Positions 62,791 through 64,000 of a stretch of DNA of 64,000 nucleotides are shown here, in pieces (the stretch's first letter is position 1; the number at the start of each line of letters is the position of its first letter). Origin of the DNA: Camelus dromedarius (Eukaryota); the NCBI RefSeq assembly GCF_036321535.1, contig NC_087438.1, forward strand, positions 5,210,001 through 5,274,000, written 5' to 3'. The notes below the pieces were generated by a model. The model was not told where the DNA came from. It saw only the letters and a program-made list of their open reading frames with translations, and ran no database searches. The translations under genes and the position numbers were made by a program.

Positions 62791-63149
62791 ATGTAAGAGA
62801 CTGCTGTTTTTTCTCCCAAGATCCATTATCTTTTTCTTCTTTACTATGAGGATCTTTTTACCTGGGCATATGCCACCCTGAACCAAGGCATGTCCCAGCA
62901 TCCCTCAGAGGCGGGGACGGCCCTGTAATGGCCTCTGGCCAATGGTATGTAACCATAAGTTACGGTCTGCTTTGGAGGCATGCCCTCGAGAGCTGCTGTC
63001 CTCCGCTCTGGAAGGATGGAGGCAAGAAAGCAATTGAAGTGATGGGCTATGGAGTCCAGGGTGGAAAGGAATGGAGTAAGGAAAGCGGAGGGGCAAGGGG
63101 GAACAAGTAGTCAGGTTAACGGTCCAAAGGAGGAGACTCACATTTAGAG

Positions 63150-63407
63150 CAGTGGTTCTCAGTCAGGGGAGATCTTTGCCACCGGTGTTCCCCCGAAGAG
63201 CATTTGGCAGTGCCTAGAGGTGGTTGGGTTGTCACCAGTGGGGATGGGATTTCTACTGGTGCCCGGTGAGTAGGCGCTACTAGCGTCTAGCTCAGGTCTA
63301 AGTCTAGGGAATAGATGCAGTTAAACATCCTGAAACGCACAGGACAGTCCCCACAACAAAGAACGCTCCAGCCCCAAATGCCAATAGTGCCAAGGGTGAG
63401 AGGTCAG
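63150..63407 (+). mobile_element. MER20 (hAT-Charlie MITE) with an 8-bp target-site duplication
   Basis: cagtggttctcagtcaggggg...aaacatcctgaaacgcacaggacagtccccacaacaaagaa...aatagtgccaagggtgaga. Flanked by atttagag (63142-63149) / acttagag (63408-63415). Confidence 0.88.
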
Positions 63408-63793
63408 ACTTAGAGGACAAGCCGACAAGGTAAATACATGCAATGAAATTACATGCCCTACCTAAAGGTGTTCAGATTCTTCCACCTGCACCCCGACAAA
63501 GCCGGACGAGCGCTCTCTGCCAGCCAGTCAGAGCTCATCTGCCTGGGGAGGCTCGGCCGCAGGCTGCCAGTTTGCTTCCTCTGGACTTGAAATTTCAATG
63601 AATTCTTAAGACAGTATATGCTGAGAGTAAGAAAATGAGTCAGCAGACACACCAAATCAAGGTCTCCTGCTACGTTCCCTGTATGATTTAAACTTGAGTT
63701 ATCATATGTAACTAACAGTAAACTGTTACAAGATGTTTTGCTTAAATTTTAGGAGCGCCGAGCCATCATTTATTTTTCTTTGTCAGATAGCCA

Positions 63794-64000
63794 TGTGTTA
63801 GGGAAGGAGAAATCCACCCCCACCCCACCCTCTTTTGGCTGGTCTAATAATTAAGTTGACATAAGACAGGTTAACAGGAGGAAAAAATACAGATTTAGTT
63901 CATACCTATGGAAATGTCAGAGAAATAGGCTCCAGTAAGTGGCAAACCAGGCAGTTTTTGTATTTAGACAAAGAAACAATACATTTGTGAGGAATTGACA
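63794..64000 (-). mobile_element. ERV1-class LTR (MER34/MER39-like), cut by the window end
   Basis: tgtgttagggaagg...ggctggtctaataattaagttgacataagacaggttaacaggagg...ttagacaaagaaacaatacatttgtgaggaattgaca. Confidence 0.6.

Larger units (their letters stand above)
12583..64000 (+). other. ADCY2: ADCY2 intron downstream of the exon (partial, over 51 kb)
   Basis: Begins GTAAAG. The expected next-exon peptide (ERLLLSLLPAHIAMEMK...) does not appear in the ORF track or in my reading of the sequence. Confidence 0.8.

Noticed and set aside
1..64000. The many ORFs of 60-224 aa in the supplied track (for example 22291..22965, 12828..13472, 40458..41009, 56567..57115, 38390..38932)
   Set aside because: No recognisable domains; many overlap LTR, L2 or L1 fossils or low-complexity DNA and often begin at non-ATG codons. 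This is what random ORFs in a mammalian intron look like.
1..64000. A novel multi-gene system (operon, defence island, CRISPR)
   Set aside because: The sequence is a eukaryotic intron with one exon; there are no gene clusters, no repeat-spacer array and no intact transposase or reverse transcriptase.

Overview
This window is mammalian genomic DNA, not prokaryotic. It is most likely a camelid (alpaca, llama or camel), judged from L1 3'-UTR sequences that resemble camelid and artiodactyl L1 subfamilies as I recall them. It lies inside the adenylate cyclase 2 gene (ADCY2, + strand). The only supportable coding sequence is one 150-bp phase-0/0 internal exon at 12433-12582 (ILANVIIFICGNLAGAYHKHLMELALQQTYQDTCNCIKSRIKLEFEKRQQ), bounded by AG and GT. 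Everything else is intron (over 12 kb upstream, over 51 kb downstream) filled with old transposon fossils (L2, MIR, MLT1/MLT2/MER73-74 LTRs, Charlie/MER58/MER20 hAT elements, a Tigger-type MITE, old L1M), several short younger L1 3' ends, and microsatellites. Nearly all ORFs in the supplied track are spurious. I found no convincing new gene system. The most interesting features are a MER58 fossil that appears to have been converted into an intragenic CpG island by AT-to-GC substitution, followed by a good 5' splice site; a triple-nested MER58/L1/L1 insertion; a clear twin-primed L1; an L1 tail converted to a tetranucleotide microsatellite; a 21-bp minisatellite inside a MITE; and candidate CTCF, CRE and homeodomain sites. 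Repeat family names come from recalled consensus sequences and their boundaries are approximate; RepeatMasker/Dfam is needed to confirm them.
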